This document shows positions 14,295 to 29,416 of a stretch of DNA of 64,000 nucleotides, piece after piece. The DNA is from Eledone cirrhosa. Its lineage: Eukaryota. Where the stretch lies: contig OZ024743.1 in NCBI GenBank assembly GCA_964016885.1, forward strand, positions 68,386,001 to 68,450,000, given 5' to 3'. Every line of letters starts with the position of its first letter. Within the stretch, counting starts at the first letter, position 1. The translations under genes were made by a program, and so were the position numbers. Under the pieces are notes generated by a model. The model had not been told where the DNA came from. It ran no database searches and worked only from the letters and a program-made list of their open reading frames with translations.

Positions 14295-14750
14295 CTTCTT
14301 CTTCTTCTTCTTCTTCTTCTTCTTCTTCTTCTTCTTCTTCTTCTTCTTCTTCTTCTTCTTCTTCTTCTTCTTCTTCTTCTTCTTCTTCACCCACTCCTGA
14401 GAGTGTCGTGGGCCACATTCATCAACCACTCCTTCCCGCCGGCCCTTTAATATGCAACCGTCCCCAACTGATCCGGCTGGATCTCCAAGCGAGACCAACT
14501 AAGCTCATGGATCTCCTGCCGGTTGGTTTTGTCCGTAAAATCTGTCTAGCGATTCTTTCCTGAGACATTCTAACGACATGGCCGTAATATCGGAGCTGTG
14601 ATCGCTCAACTCAGAGAAGTAGCGGCTCTACTGTGAGTAACTCACTCATCTCCGAGCCACACACTATATTGAGTAATGTTACTCCAAAGACACTTCGGAG
14701 GAACCCGAATTCCACGGTTTGTTTTCGCGATCGTATTCTTTCCTTCATTG
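14295..14750 (-). mobile_element. RTE-clade (Expander/Rex3-like) LINE 3' fragment with (GAA)n tail
   Basis: The minus strand translates ERIRSRKQTVEFGFLRSVFGVTLL..VEPLLL*VERSQLRYYGHVVRMSQERIARQILRTKPTGRR and ends in a long (GAA)n tract. Confidence 0.8.
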
Positions 14751-14943
14751 TTACTCCTCCTGATGTCCCTTCAGTACTGTCCTATGTCTTTTACTTAAAC
14801 TTTTTAGGTAAGCACTTCACTCTTACTTTTGGCTTGTATTGCCCCAAGTATCTTGGAGTCTATTGGTCTATAAAAGAAATTATTATTATTATTATCATTC
14901 GTAACGATTTTGGTTTTGCACATATACCGATATTATATCATAA

Positions 14944-16172
14944 GAGCGGTGGATTGGCAGTATCGGTAGAGGGTCGGACGCCATGCTTTGCATCAAAGTG
15001 TTACAGCTCTTTATGATCTGTGTTCAAATCCTGCCGAGGTTAACTTTGCAGTTCATCCTTACGGAGTAGATAATACAAAGTACCAGTAATACAGTGGTTT
15101 AATTGACTTGTGCCAACAGTAGAAATAATAATACCATAAGAGCGAGCCATAGCCAATGACCAAATGTCCTTTGGCTTATTCCTTCTTTCCTTGGTAGAAA
15201 TGTTGTCGTCATTTGGGATTGATGCATCAATCAGAAGATATAATTCTTTTTTTGTAATCTTTGACTATAATGTCTGGTCGGTTCGCTTTGCTCTCTCTGC
15301 TATATGTATTGGCATCTCCAAAAGAATGGTTGCTTTATCATTCTCTTTTCTAGCATGTGTTTCTAGTATCTTTTGTCTGTGTGTTTGTCAGTGTGATTTG
15401 CAGCATTTACGTTCTGAGTTCAAATCCCACCGAGGTTAGCTATCCCTTTTATCCTTACGGGGTTGATAATCTAAAGCACCAGTAATGCACTGGGATAATT
15501 GTTGGCTCGATTTAATCGACTTTCCCCTCCCCCAAAATTGCTGGCTTTGTGCCTATATGAGAAACCATTATTAGTAGTAATATCGGTAGGGTGGGACGTC
15601 ATGCTTTCAAGCATAGAGTTACGGCCCTTTCCATTCTGAGTTCAAATCCCGCCGAGGTCAACTTTGCCTTTCATCCTTACGGGGTCGATAAAATAAAGTA
15701 CCAGTAATGTACTGGGTAATTGCTGGCCTTGTGCCAAAAGTAGAAACAATTATTAGTAGTAATATTATTATTAACGGCTTTTAGTTTTGGCTGTTTATGG
15801 TCTAAGTTTAAATCGTTGAGGTTAACTTTGCCTTTCACCTTTATAGGGTCGATAAAATAAAGTACCAGTATCGCACTGGGGTCAATTCAATCGACTTTCT
15901 CCATTCTCTTCAAAATGCTGACATTGTACCAACTGTAGAAACTATTAATAAGGACGCAGGAATTTCAGAATCGTTAAACCTTCGGATAAAATGTATTGCG
16001 ACATTTTCTTCTGGGTCTTTACATTCTGTATTCAAATGTCGTTGGGGAGATAAATTTGCCTTTCATCCGTTTCAGGTCAAAACATTAAAATACGAGACAA
16101 GTTCTAAATGTCAATACAATCCATTTTCCCCACCCCTGACATTGCAGGATTGTGGCGTAAATTAGAAATTAT
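14944..16172 (+). mobile_element. Cluster of ~5 SINE S1 copies (approx. 14944-15130, 15400-15570, 15582-15755, 15795-15950, 15953-16172)
   Basis: The B box (GTTCAAATCC), core and tail motifs recur at differing levels of decay. Confidence 0.8.
15135..15350 (-). mobile_element. Small fragment of an R4-like restriction-like endonuclease (RLE) domain
   Basis: The minus strand gives ENDKATILLEMPIH..KANRPDIIVKDYK..LIDASIPNDDNIS, matching the RLE region of the 52-kb element. Confidence 0.6.
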
Positions 16173-16561
16173 TTCTACTAATATTATTTACATATTTTTG
16201 TTATATTTTCCTGTGCATTTATTTTTCATTTTTTTAATATATTTTAAGTTTCAATTTTATCGTTTGTGTATTGTAGATAATTGAAAGCGATGCTAAGATC
16301 AAAGAGTCGGCATACATCAAAGAAAAATTGGTGGAGTATACAAAGGGGGAGATTTTTCATATCTGACTAAAAATGAAAATGAAGGTGGAGAAAGGAGGTT
16401 GAGTAAGTGCATGGTGCTTCATGTACAAGTGTGTATATGTGTATATATATGTATACGCACACAGACATTTATACATATACATACATACATTCTCACAAAC
16501 AAACACAAAGACACACGTGTATATATATATCTATATATATCTATATCTATATATGTATGTA

Positions 16562-16646
<85 letters not shown>

Positions 16647-16818
16647 CAGCATTTACACATATATATTATTTATCAGTAGATATATATTTACATATATACA
16701 CATACATGAATACAGTATATTTATTTACATATGCATATATAGATATATAAATGTATTTAAATATATACACATTTTTATTCACACACATACACACACACAC
16801 ATATATATATATATAAAT

Positions 16819-16869
<51 letters not shown>

Positions 16870-16915
16870 TATTTATATACATATATATATATGTGTGTAT
16901 ATATACATATACATA

Positions 16916-16947
<32 letters not shown>

Positions 16948-16986
16948 AATATATATATATATAAATAAATATATATATATAAATAA

Positions 16987-17017
<31 letters not shown>

Positions 17018-17449
17018 ATAAACATTATGAATACAAACGCTTATATATAGACTTACGTGTGTATGTGTATATTTGTTTTGCATATTTTTATGTTGATTTT
17101 ATGTGTACGTGAGTTTTTCTGTGTATACTTTTTGTAAAATTGTGTGTTAATGTAAATCAATATTTCTTTCAACATTTTGGTAGATCGATAGAAAGAGCAA
17201 AGAGAAGTGAGATGGTGTGGTGGTGGTGGTGTTGGGGTTGGCGTGTTTTGTGGTGGTGGTGGTGGTGGTGGAGAAGATAGCAATAAATAAATACAAGTAC
17301 TAATGATACTAATGATAAAAGCAGTAATGATAATGGAGGCAACATTGCCCACAACAATATCATCAATAACAACAGCAACAATAACAAAAACAATCGGAGA
17401 AATTAATGTCAAAGTCCACTAATATATCATCAACAAAAACAACGACAGC

Positions 17450-17870
17450 ATGGATGATGATGATGATGATGATGATGATAGTGTTGATGATGATGGTGGT
17501 GATGATACTGATGGTGGTGCTGATGATGATGATGATGATGATGATGGCGGTGGGTGTGATGATGATGATGATGATGATGATGGTGTTCGTGGTAATGGTC
17601 CTGCTGATGATGGTGGTGGTGATGATGGTGGGGGCGATGGTGATGATGATGATGGTGATGATGATGGGGGTGGCAATGATGATGATGGTGGTGATGATGA
17701 TGATCATGGTGATGACCATGGTGATGTTGATCATGGTGGTGACGATGAATATGATGGTGGTGATGATGATGATGATGGTGGTGATGATGATGTTGATGGT
17801 GGTGGTGATGATGATGATGATGATGGTGAAGATGATGATGATGAAGATGAAGATGATGGTCATCATCATT
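17450..17870. repeat. (GAT/GGT)n trinucleotide low-complexity tract
   Basis: The repeat is directly visible and accounts for the poly-D/M/I ORFs in several frames. Confidence 0.9.
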
Positions 17871-17887
17871 ATAACAATAATAATAAT

Positions 17888-19262
17888 TATTATTATTTCT
17901 ACTTTAGACACAATGCCAACAATTGGAAGGGGAGGGGAAAGTTGATTAAATCGACCCCAGTTCATTACAGGTACTGTATTTTATCGACCCAATAAGGATA
18001 AAAGACAAAGCTAACCTCGCTGGGATTTGATCACAGAGAGTAAAATACATAACCATTTGCTGCAAAGCATGGCGTCCGACCCCAACCGATGATAATAATA
18101 ATAATGATTTCTACTGTAGGGACAACAACCAACAATTCGGAGACGAGGAGAAAGTTGATTAAAGCGAGCCTAATATACTACTGGTATTTGTTTTATTGAC
18201 TGAAAACATTAAATGTGAAGCTAACATTGATGATATGTAAACTGAGTATTCCTGTGAATCGCGTAAATAATTCTATCCGGTGCAGTACCACGTCATCATT
18301 TATATCACCATTATAGAAATAATGTATCCCACTTTAGGAATGAGGCTAATAATTTGAGTGGGAGAGAAAGGTCGATTAATTAGTCGAATGTAATTAACTG
18401 ATATTATATTTTCTGAGATAATGGGCGGTGGATTGACAGTATCGGTAGAGGGTCGGACGCCATGCTTTCCAGCATAGTTATGTCCCTTTACGATCTGAGT
18501 TCAAATCCCGCCGAGGTTGGCTTTGCCTTTCATCCTTACGGGGTCGATAAAATAAAGTACCAGTAATGCACTGGTTAATTGCTGGCCTTGTGCCTAAAGT
18601 AGAAACAATTATATTTTCTGAGATAATTACTGGCCTTGTGCCAAAAGTAGAAACAATTATATTTTATCTTTACGGGGTCGATAAAATAAAGTACCAGTAA
18701 TGCACTGGAATATTTGTGACCCTTATGCCAAAAGTAGAAACATTTAGAATTTAGGGCAGTGGATTGGCAGTATCAGTTAAGTGTCGGACGCCATGCTTTG
18801 TAGCATAGAATTATGTCCCTTTATGGTCTGAGTTCAAATCCCGCCGATTTTAACTTTGCCTTTCATCCTTACAGAGTCGATAAAATAAAGTACCAGTAAT
18901 ACACTGGAGTAATTCCTGGCCCTTTGCCAAAAGTAGAAATAATTATATTTTATCGACCACGAAAAGATGAAATGCGGAGTACATCCCTCAGAACGTAAAA
19001 CTCGTATCTAAATAATTCAAAGCTTTTAATAATAGTGTTAAAACAATGTAAGTATATGAACTATATCTGTTAAGATAATTGTTTCTATTTTTGGCACGAG
19101 GCCAACAATTAAACCAGTGTATTACTGGTTCTTTATTTTATCGACCCCGTAAGGATGAAAGGCAAAGTTATCATCGAAGTGATTTGAACTCAGACTGTAA
19201 AGGGACGTAACTACGCTATAAAGCATGGCGTCCAACACTCTACCGATACTGCCAATTCACCG
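17888..19262. mobile_element. SINE S1 cluster (minus 17888-18090, 18107-18250, 19075-19262; plus 18423-18607, 18623-18745, 18754-18945)
   Basis: A box TGGCAGTATCGG-like and B box GAGTTCAAATCC. Copy 18423-18607 is flanked by the 20-bp direct repeat ATTATATTTTCTGAGATAAT (TSD-like). Confidence 0.85.
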
Positions 19263-19482
19263 ATACTAATAATGGTGAAAATTATAACAGAGCGCAATAT
19301 CTTGCAAGGTCGGGTCATCAGCATCGGAACAAAGAGTTGGTGAAGGGGATTTCGGACAACCTGCTTGAAATAAAAGAACAGGAAAAAAAACCCTGTATGG
19401 TCCGAAGAACTTGAGAGTTAATGGTTGATAGTGATCGATATATACACGTGTAGTATATGTGCATACATCTTTCTCTCACTCT

Positions 19483-19573
19483 CTTCTACAGCATTAGAAC
19501 TGTTTCATTCGGGAGAAATCATCAGGAAGCCCTGATGATTTCTCCCAATGAAACAGTTCTAGTGCTGTAGAAG
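19483..19573. repeat. 90-bp palindrome with back-to-back hammerhead-like cores; related copies at ~20481-20520 and ~24585-24680
   Basis: cttctacagcattagaactgtttcatt..aaatcatcagg aagc cctgatgattt..aatgaaacagttctagtgctgtagaag; CTGATGA...GAAAC on both strands with a weak stem II. Confidence 0.7.
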
Positions 19574-19603
19574 CCTTTCTATATTAAATATATAAATATA
19601 TAA

Positions 19604-19642
<39 letters not shown>

Positions 19643-19723
19643 ATACAGGTTTTTTTTATATATATTTATATATAATTCAATGATACTAAATAAATGGAAA
19701 CTATATTTATAAAACCATATTTT

Positions 19724-19781
19724 TTCTATTATATATATTTCAAGGGTACCAAAAACTTTCGTACGCTTTCATCAGATAAAA
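19724..19781 (-). ncRNA. Type I hammerhead ribozyme
   Basis: Mirror copy of 19915-19972 with intact CTGATGA and GAAA and one extra stem II mismatch. Confidence 0.8.
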
Positions 19782-19914
19782 TACAAAGTGTGTTTTATAA
19801 ATTTTGACATAGTCAAGGAAACATACCTTATAAGTTGAATTTCCCTTGGAAACCTTATCAACTGATAAGGTATGTTTCCTTGGCTCTGTCAAAGTTTATA
19901 AAACACACTTTGTA

Positions 19915-19972
19915 TTTTATCTGATGAAAGCGTACCAAAGTTTTTGGTACCCTTGAAATATATATAATAGAA
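19915..19972 (+). ncRNA. Type I hammerhead ribozyme
   Basis: ttttat CTGATGA AAG-C-GTACCAAA gtt TTTGGTAC-C-CTT GAAA TATATA TA atagaa. Confidence 0.85.
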
Positions 19973-20107
19973 TATATATGGTTTTATAAATATAGTTTCC
20001 ATTTATTTAATATTATTGAATATTTACTCCAGGCTCTGTCGAGTTCTCTGAATCAATCATAAATATTTATATTTGTTGAATTTCCAACAAATTAAATATC
20101 CCTTCTA

Positions 20108-20353
<246 letters not shown>

Positions 20354-20372
20354 CATATATATATATATATAT

Positions 20373-20475
<103 letters not shown>

Positions 20476-21334
20476 TAATATAGAACTTCTTCTACAGGAC
20501 TAGAACTGTTTCATTGTTTCATTGATTGTGTGTATATATGTGTGTTTGCGAGCGAGTGTGTATCTGTGTGTGTATATATGTATATGGGTAAGTGTATATG
20601 TGTGTGCGTGGGTGGAGGGGGTGTATGTATATGTCTGTACGTGTTTGTGTGTACAGGTATATATACGCGTGTGCATGTGGATGCACATGCATATGTGAGT
20701 GTGTATGTTGATGTATGATGTGTGCATGTGGTTATGTGTCTGTGTGTGTACATGCCTCTCTGGATGCATGTATGCTTATGTTTATATGTTCTCCTTAAAT
20801 GTGTGTGTATAGTGGGCGTCTATGCGTACGACTGTCATTATCTCTGTGATTGTGTGTGTGTGTGAGTGGGCGCGTGGATGTGTGAACAACCAAACACAGC
20901 AGTAATTTATTGAAGTGTAGCAGACATGGGACAGCTAACGCCCTGATGTTCAGCGGACTGGTACCTGTCGTCACAATTATGATGACGTAGACAACCTGCG
21001 GCTAATCACAGGACACGCGAAGAGGATGAAGTTTTTGACGGTACTGGCCCAGAGGGTCAGATACCCCAGTGAGAGAATATGCTCCGAAATCATTAGACAT
21101 GTCCGTCGAACCTGCGGGTCCAGGATCAGACAGATCCACACAATGATCGCGTCTCGAGCTGTCAGCCGGGGAAACAATTGTAACACACATTAAATTGAGG
21201 GGGGTATGTGCGTATACAGAGCAGTGAAGTGAAAATTGGAGTGAGCTTATATAGTCGGCTATTAGTTGTAAGAGAAGCTGCTAATTATCAAGAGAAAGCT
21301 ATAGGAATCTAGGAGTGTGACAATGAACGGGGTA

Positions 21335-21870
21335 TTAGATAAACTGGGGAGGTGCATTGAGTTCAAGAGGCGAATACGACCCAAGGCGGTTAATCAGACT
21401 TTGATCTGTCCTGGTGCGCGAGGCCTGTGATCCATGATGTAAAAGGTCACCGAGGACTGAAACATGTAGGGAAGAATGACCAGGAGAACAGAAATGACGG
21501 ATGAAAGGCGTCCCGTTTGTGCGATATATAAAGACGCGCAAAGGGAACACAGGAGGGCATAGACAACGTGGGTGGATGTACAGGTGAAGGAATGGCGGAT
21601 AGGGAAAGACCCGTTAGGGCCTGTAAGAATGGTTAGGCTGGAAATAAAGGGACAAGTGTTGCAGCAGGAACGGGAACAAGGAAGAGAGCCGGGTGGTGTC
21701 GTGGGAGAGGACAAAAAGGAAATGCGAACCTGGATGTCGCGGACATTGCGGGCGCGCTTAAAAGCAGTAATGGGTGAGTTTGGAAAAAAGCGAGAAGTGA
21801 CGCGGTCAGAAGAGAGGATACGGAATGAACGGAGGATATGTCGCCGGAATGGTAGGTGAGAGGGAAAGGA
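21335..21870 (-). mobile_element. Penelope-like element 3' fragment (Cys cluster + GIY-YIG endonuclease), decayed
   Basis: PCSRSCCNTCP..FTCTSTHVVYALLCSLCASLYIAQTGR, followed by INRLGSYSPLELN; these are typical PLE GIY-YIG C-terminal motifs. Confidence 0.8.
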
Positions 21871-21877
21871 ACACGGG

Positions 21878-21930
<53 letters not shown>

Positions 21931-21934
<4 letters not shown>

Positions 21935-22627
21935 CAAATAACGAAACGAAATTAAATTTCGTTTCGCTTCTAACTCACTTTTCTATGACTGACGCGGTCA
22001 GTTGTAAAACGTGGTCCGTCTGTGTGGTTACATACAGACTAGCTGGCACTCACTGTAAAGTGTCTAGTGAAAAGCTGAGTACATGTACATATGTATACAT
22101 GTGTGTATTTATATGCATACTAATACTTCCGTATACATATGTAGATGTACACTTTGACTTAATTGTTTAAGCGTCAGTCATACAAAAGTGAGTTAGAAGC
22201 GAAACGAAATTTAATTTCGTTTCGTTATTTGTTTTTATCGTTTCCGCTGAACCGGTGCGTACAATGACTCACGTTCTATGCAAGTTAGTCTACCCACTAC
22301 TAATTTTCATAGAAAAAGCATATAACGATATGTGCTTTTACAATTCTCCAGAGAAGCCGGAAGATGGGTAAATATTGCTGATGAGATGTAATAACATCGA
22401 AACTAGTCCAATATTCCTGTCTGGCCCTCTGGAGAATAGAGGAAATGTGTTTCCTTGAAAACCCGTATGACTCTAAAACCCGGTCCGTCTGTGTGGTTAC
22501 ATACAGACTAGCTGACACTCACTGTAAAGTGTCTAGTGAAAAGCTGAGTACATGTACATATGTATACATGTGTGTATTTATATGCATACTAATACTTCCG
22601 TATACATATGTAGATGTACACTTTGAC

Positions 22628-22633
<6 letters not shown>
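21931..22633. repeat. Inverted repeat (21931-21995 / 22171-22236) plus ~155-bp direct repeat (22012-22165 / 22481-22633)
   Basis: Both repeats are directly visible. The mixed inverted/direct layout resembles PLE pLTR arrangements. Confidence 0.75.
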
Positions 22634-22682
<49 letters not shown>

Positions 22683-22782
22683 CATATGTGTGTGTGTAAA
22701 CAAGGCATTTTCAACACCATTCTTTCCTTCTATAGAAAAATATGAAAGCAGAAGCAAGCACAGACACACACACACACATATG

Positions 22783-23209
<427 letters not shown>

Positions 23210-23866
23210 GTTTCTGTAAATATTCGTGAGTGTGTGTGTGTTTGTGAGTGCTTTTACGTTGTCATTTTACTATAGAAGGAAAGAATGGTGTTGAAAATGC
23301 CTTGTTTAATTCAATCATAAGCACCTAATCGCACTTAAAATATATAAGGTTTTTCCTTCTAACATCTTTATATATAGATCAAATATACATTAACTAGATA
23401 TCAAAAATATTCATCAAATATATACTTCAAAATGTACGTTAAATGAATTCATCTAATATAATGTGATAATTAGAATCTATTTTTTCACCAACCTTCAGTG
23501 GAATTACCCTTCCGACTATCCAACGCTCCATTCATTTAAGAATCGATTTATCGATTTATCAATTTTATATCCGTGGGGTTTTATTACTGATGTTGTTTCT
23601 ACGTTGGTAATTGTTCATAAAAATATCTACTATGCAATATGTTGTAGACGTGACTATCCTTTCTTTTGTTACCATCAAGTTATTAGAATTTGAAAAGGTA
23701 TTTGGCTGCTACTTTGAGCATGTATACTGATACAATATCACTAGGGCAAACTTGGGATGGGCTAACACATTCTGTAATTGTCATGTTTACTTTTGTTTTT
23801 TCCTGAAATACTGTCCCCCAGGGTATAATCAACAAATAATACTTTTTGAATATATATATATATACA

Positions 23867-23949
<83 letters not shown>

Positions 23950-24039
23950 TAGGATCGGAATTAAGAGTATTCCGCAGTTGACAGTAATAATAATAATTTT
24001 AACTCAAAAGAAGAATAGAGAATTTTCTTCTGAGCTCAG

Positions 24040-24230
24040 ATACAAATATATTACACAAATAGAAGTGTGTTACACAGTGAAATGTGTACAAGTGATCTTT
24101 TACCGTTACTGAATAGAAAACAATATCTACAGGTTTAGCAATTAAATAGTAACGGTAAAAATCACTTGTAATAATCCTTTACACACATTTCACTGTGTAA
24201 CACACGTCTATTTGTGTAATATATTTGTAT
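24040..24230. repeat. Fold-back element (24040-24110 / 24148-24230)
   Basis: atacaaatatattacacaaataga..gtgtgttacacagtgaaatgtgt and its reverse complement. Confidence 0.75.
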
Positions 24231-24298
24231 ATATATATATATATATATATATAGTGACGAAACATAAGTCAATTGCATGAACTCATAATCCTTTATTT

Positions 24299-24354
24299 AC
24301 TGCTATATATATTTCGGTGATAGCCATTGAATGGCTATGACCTCATCAGGTAGT
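24299..24354 (-). ncRNA. Type I hammerhead ribozyme (relative of the 7.5-7.7 kb copies)
   Basis: Minus strand: actac CTGATGA GGT-C-ATAGCCAT tca ATGGCTAT-C-ACC GAAA TATATA TA gcagt. Confidence 0.85.
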
Positions 24355-24427
24355 TCTTAGATATGCCAGCTCTGTGTTTATGGTGTTGATGGTATCAAAC
24401 CCTTGGGACATATATATATATATATAA

Positions 24428-24462
<35 letters not shown>

Positions 24463-24696
24463 GAGAGAGGGAGAGAGAGAGCGAGAGAGAGAGCGAGAGA
24501 TAAGTTATTCCGGGTTGAATCTCAGGTAACCACAGTAAGTAAGTTACTCAATGCATAGCAGAGTATAAATGTTTTAATATAGAAAAGGTTCTACAGGAAT
24601 AGAACTGTTTCATTCGTGAGAAATCATCAGGAAGCAATTTCTCACGAATGAAACAGTTCTAGTCCTGTAGAACTGTTCTAGTTCTATATAAAAATA

Positions 24697-24747
<51 letters not shown>

Positions 24748-24906
24748 CGGAGGAAATGGTAAGGAACCAGGTGGACCATAACGCACCAAAGTACTCTATA
24801 CTTAGGGTAGTAGAGTGGGTAATAGGAACGAGTACGACCCCGACGGCTAATTCTGGACCAATTCTGTCGAAACGGCTTGAGCCCAGCCGTCGGGGTCCTA
24901 TTCCTT

Positions 24907-24967
<61 letters not shown>

Positions 24968-25044
24968 ATGTGTGTGTGTGTGTGTGTGTATATATATGTA
25001 TATGCATTCATACACAAAGAGCCCAAACATATATTTATATGGGT

Positions 25045-25145
<101 letters not shown>

Positions 25146-25577
25146 TTTGTGTGTTTTTCTGTGTGTAGCGAGAACGCCAACCACAAAAAGAGCGCCTTAT
25201 ATAGAAATACAGCTATTAGGATTCGTGCATTGAAACCATTACAACGCTATCTTTAGCTTCATAGCTGGAATTGGATTCTATTATCTCAATATATAATAAG
25301 TCAGCTTTTACATCAGGTGTCTAATGTTTGAGTGTGTGAAAGAAGCTTGGGTCGAGAAGATTTAAACCGATAGTTTTAATGTATTTTATAAAAAATTCAA
25401 AGGTAGGAGGTTGTTGTAAAATAACAGATTCTAGAAAGGAAAGTAGATGTTTATATGCTAAAGCGAATTAATATGTAGTTTCAAGTTTAAGGTGAGCTAA
25501 GTGTTACTGTGTGTGAAGATTGTATCGCGGGATAGGGTATGGTGGTATTTCCAAGAGGAGAGCAGGCAATACTTGAG

Positions 25578-25765
25578 ATAATTGTTTCTACTTTTGGCAC
25601 AAGGCCATCAATTACCAGTACATTACTGGTACTTTATGTTATCGACCCCGTAAGGATTAAAAGCAAAGTTAACTTCGGCGGGATTTGAACTCAGTCCGTA
25701 AAGGGACGTAACTATGATAGAAAGCATGGCGTCCAACCCTCTACCGATACTGCCAATTCATTTCC
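25578..25765 (-). mobile_element. SINE S1 with 16-bp target-site duplication
   Basis: Full S1 motif set, with CAATACTTGAGATAAT on both sides. Confidence 0.85.
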
Positions 25766-26140
25766 CAATACTTGAGATAATAATCTTATGTAAGTGACGG
25801 TATTAAAGTTTTCCAATTACCCGAGTAAATTACACCACCACTCTTTTGTTTTGTTTATACGAACACGGGCCCAAGGACACTAAGAAACTTACTAATAGAA
25901 GTACATACACATACGCTACAGGCTCAGTCACATATATACACACAGACTCACACTGATGTATATGGATAAATGGAGTCGTTAGAGCCTAGGACAAACAATT
26001 AGTATTATTTGGTCCGGCTCTTTAGGTTTTGTGTTCAAATACCTCTGGAATCAACTTTGAGAAAGTCGTATTCCGTTAAAGAACTGGAATTAGTATATCT
26101 AACTTACTCTCGCACAAAATTGCTGGTGTTGTACTTATTA

Positions 26141-27175
26141 GGGCGGTGGTTTGGCAGTATGGGTAGAGCGTCAGACATCATGCTTTGCAGCATAATTATG
26201 GCCCTTTGTGTTCTGAGTTCATATCCGTCCAGGTTAACTTTTCCTTTCATCCTTACGAGGTCGATAAAATAAAGTACCAGTGATGCACTGGGGTAATAGC
26301 TGGCCTTGTGCCAAAAGTAGAAAATCATTATTATAATGATTCCCTTGATTAACTGTACATTCACACATGAAGCTCGACTGAAAAGTTCATAGTCTGACAA
26401 AGATACTCTCCTGGAAGGACAAGATGAGATTTATGTTTCTACATAATCCCTTGAAAGAAACAAAACAGTTATTAAAAAAAAAGAGTTGAAATTACTGCTT
26501 GCGAGATTTCTCAGCGCTAGCATCACTCCGTCATAGTCAGCCTACCCTCACACAACCCTCCAGGGTCGCGTGGTGGATACTGGTTTGATATGACGTATTT
26601 CTTCTCAGCACCAGAGATAACTGATGTTATTTTGTTTGGAGTTTGAGAGAGCAAGTTTCCCTGCGCTCCCAAAATATTGTTGGCCTTTTGCCTACATATT
26701 GTTACTGAACTTTCGAGCACAGCTTTTTGTGCCTTGGGTATGTGCAGTGTTGATATTGGTGTTGCTATTTCTATTGTAATAAGAGTAGGTATAATTTCCG
26801 TATGCTGTATATGTTATATATCTGTGTGTGCTTTATCACATAATGTTATTAAGCAAATCCCGCCGAGGTTAACTTTGCCTTTCGTCCTTACGTGGTCGAT
26901 AAAATAAAGTACCAGTAATGCACTGGGTAATTTGCAGGCCTTGTGCTAAACGTAGAAACAATTATTAGGCAATATGGGTAGAGCAACGGACACCATGCTT
27001 TAGAACATAGAGTTAGGTCCTTACCGGTCTGAGCTCAAATCCCAGCAAGGTTAGCATTGCTTTCATCTTTACGGGGTCGATAAATAAAGTACCAGTAATA
27101 CACTGGAGGCGATTAAATTGACATTCCCCTCCTCCGAAATTGTTGGCCTATATTCGTCAATAATAGAAATCATTA
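26141..27175 (+). mobile_element. Three SINE S1 copies (26141-26328, 26853-26967, 26968-27175)
   Basis: S1 head, core and tail motifs. Confidence 0.8.
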
Positions 27176-27436
27176 TTATTATCATCACCATCAACAACAT
27201 CATACGTAGAAGATTATTGCTTTGTCAATCGCTGTTTCGGGTTTCAAAATGTGTAAACGATTGATGAATTGAGCCAAGATATTAGCAGACACGTTGGGAA
27301 ACAAATCAAAATAAGATCGCCTCGCGTCACTATACAGTTCGCAGAGATAGAGAGGTAGAGAGGTAGAGCGAGAGAGAGAGAGATGGGGAGAGAGAGAGTG
27401 AAAGATAGAGAGAGAGACAGAAGGAGAGAGAGAGGT

Positions 27437-27535
<99 letters not shown>

Positions 27536-27742
27536 CTACCGACAGACAAATAGAGAATGGGAGTAGTACGACTCATTGTGATCTGATACAAAGTACAAGT
27601 CTGAGTTATATTGAAGTAGAAAAACTTGAGAGTTATAGTAGGAATTTACAGACATGTTGCAAAAAGAATAGAGATATATTTCATGAGAAAGGCAGATGGT
27701 GCGATATATGCCTATCTATCTATTTATTTATCCATCCATCCA

Positions 27743-27795
<53 letters not shown>

Positions 27796-27845
27796 TTATA
27801 TATACCTTTCTATATGTCTCTCTATTTATCTATCTATCTATAAAG

Positions 27846-27937
<92 letters not shown>

Positions 27938-28332
27938 CTATCTGTCAGTGTATTGTCTAGTGCCCTACTTAGCTATATATTTTTTCATATATTTACATAT
28001 ATATATAAATATATATACACACACAAACACACACTCACGCACACACATATATATATATATGAGAGAGAGAGAGCGAGATACACACGCACATGTGTATGAA
28101 TTGGTTTTGCTTCAGCTTTCCGCTGAAGTTTCATAACATTAGGGAATTCTCTGGGTAATCACAAGAATGGTGAATGTCGTATGAACTTCTGACCTCTCCC
28201 AGTTGATTCCAATTTTGCTACAAACGTTTATTTACATTTTTCTGTTCTGGATGAACGCGTTTGTCTTTCTTGTTTACGTTTTTCACATATATATACTCAT
28301 ACACACGGACTTCCATCCGCACAGGCGAGCCG

Positions 28333-28384
<52 letters not shown>

Positions 28385-29349
28385 ATGCTATCTACGTGTA
28401 TTCAAATAATGAGAACCATGTATATTCTGGCTCATATATAAATATATATATGTGTGTGTGGGTGCCTGTGTATGTATGTGTGTGCGTCTGTGTGTCTGTA
28501 TATGTGTGTGTATGTGTGTGTGCGTTTTAAAGAGATTACTTCTCAATATCACGTGAGGTCTAACACACATCCAACAACAAGTGTTCCAGTTTTTCCAACT
28601 ACGAAACAGCTTGCCCCAGTAAATTACCCTGGCTGTAGTGGCGCATTCCACATATATAGGGCACATTAATATAATTCTCAGGGAGATTCAGCTTGACACT
28701 TTATGTGAAACGGCCGTGTTTCTGAATTACAATTTCAATTTCTTTATTAAAATTATATCATAGTTTGTAATAACATTCCTTTTGTTTACTTGAATCATAA
28801 TTTCCTCAGGTTCCCATCTCCAGGAAATGAGACATCTTGAGGATGAGACTGTGAGGGTCTTGAAACGTTAAAAAAATATGAAACATCTCTCCCTAACTGA
28901 ACAGTCAAATACACACACACAACATGCATGCCCCTCCACACACACATATATAAACATACACACTCACACACATGCAAGTAGAAAAAAGGAGGTCCATAAG
29001 CAAGATGGAATGGTAATGAATTTGAAGAACCACTATGATCATTGCTACAGCTACGCGATAACAGCCACAACTATTACTATTAAACTGTCATCAAACATAC
29101 AAGATGCCATGAATAGAAGTTGTCAATATAGATATCCATCTCGGCGCTCGCGTTGCTGATTAAAAAGAAAATAGGAGTATAAATATAGGAAGCGTCTTCT
29201 GTTCCACAGCAATGGTACCTACCTGTTGTCTTGCAACAGTTTAAACTATATCTGCTCCGAACAAAACATTAATTTGTTAAGCAAGTTGTTAGAAACGAGA
29301 TCAAAGTAATCAAGTACCGATCTAAATCTTCATTATATTTTTTTTTTTC

Positions 29350-29415
<66 letters not shown>

Positions 29416-29416
<1 letters not shown>

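Larger units (their letters stand above)
19675..20021. repeat. Fold-back element, ~165-bp arms (19675-19839 / 19858-20021); same family as 467-1620
   Basis: The arms are reverse complements and share taaatggaaactatatttataaaaccatat with the 467-691 arm. Confidence 0.9.

Noticed and set aside
17363-17995. Poly-Asp/Gly or poly-Met ORFs resembling acidic biomineral proteins
   Set aside because: Open in several frames on both strands because of a GAT/GGT repeat. There is no signal peptide or splice context, and it runs into a SINE.
18423-18520. tRNA gene
   Set aside because: A/B boxes are present, but there is no cloverleaf and it is fused to a multi-copy SINE body with a TSD.
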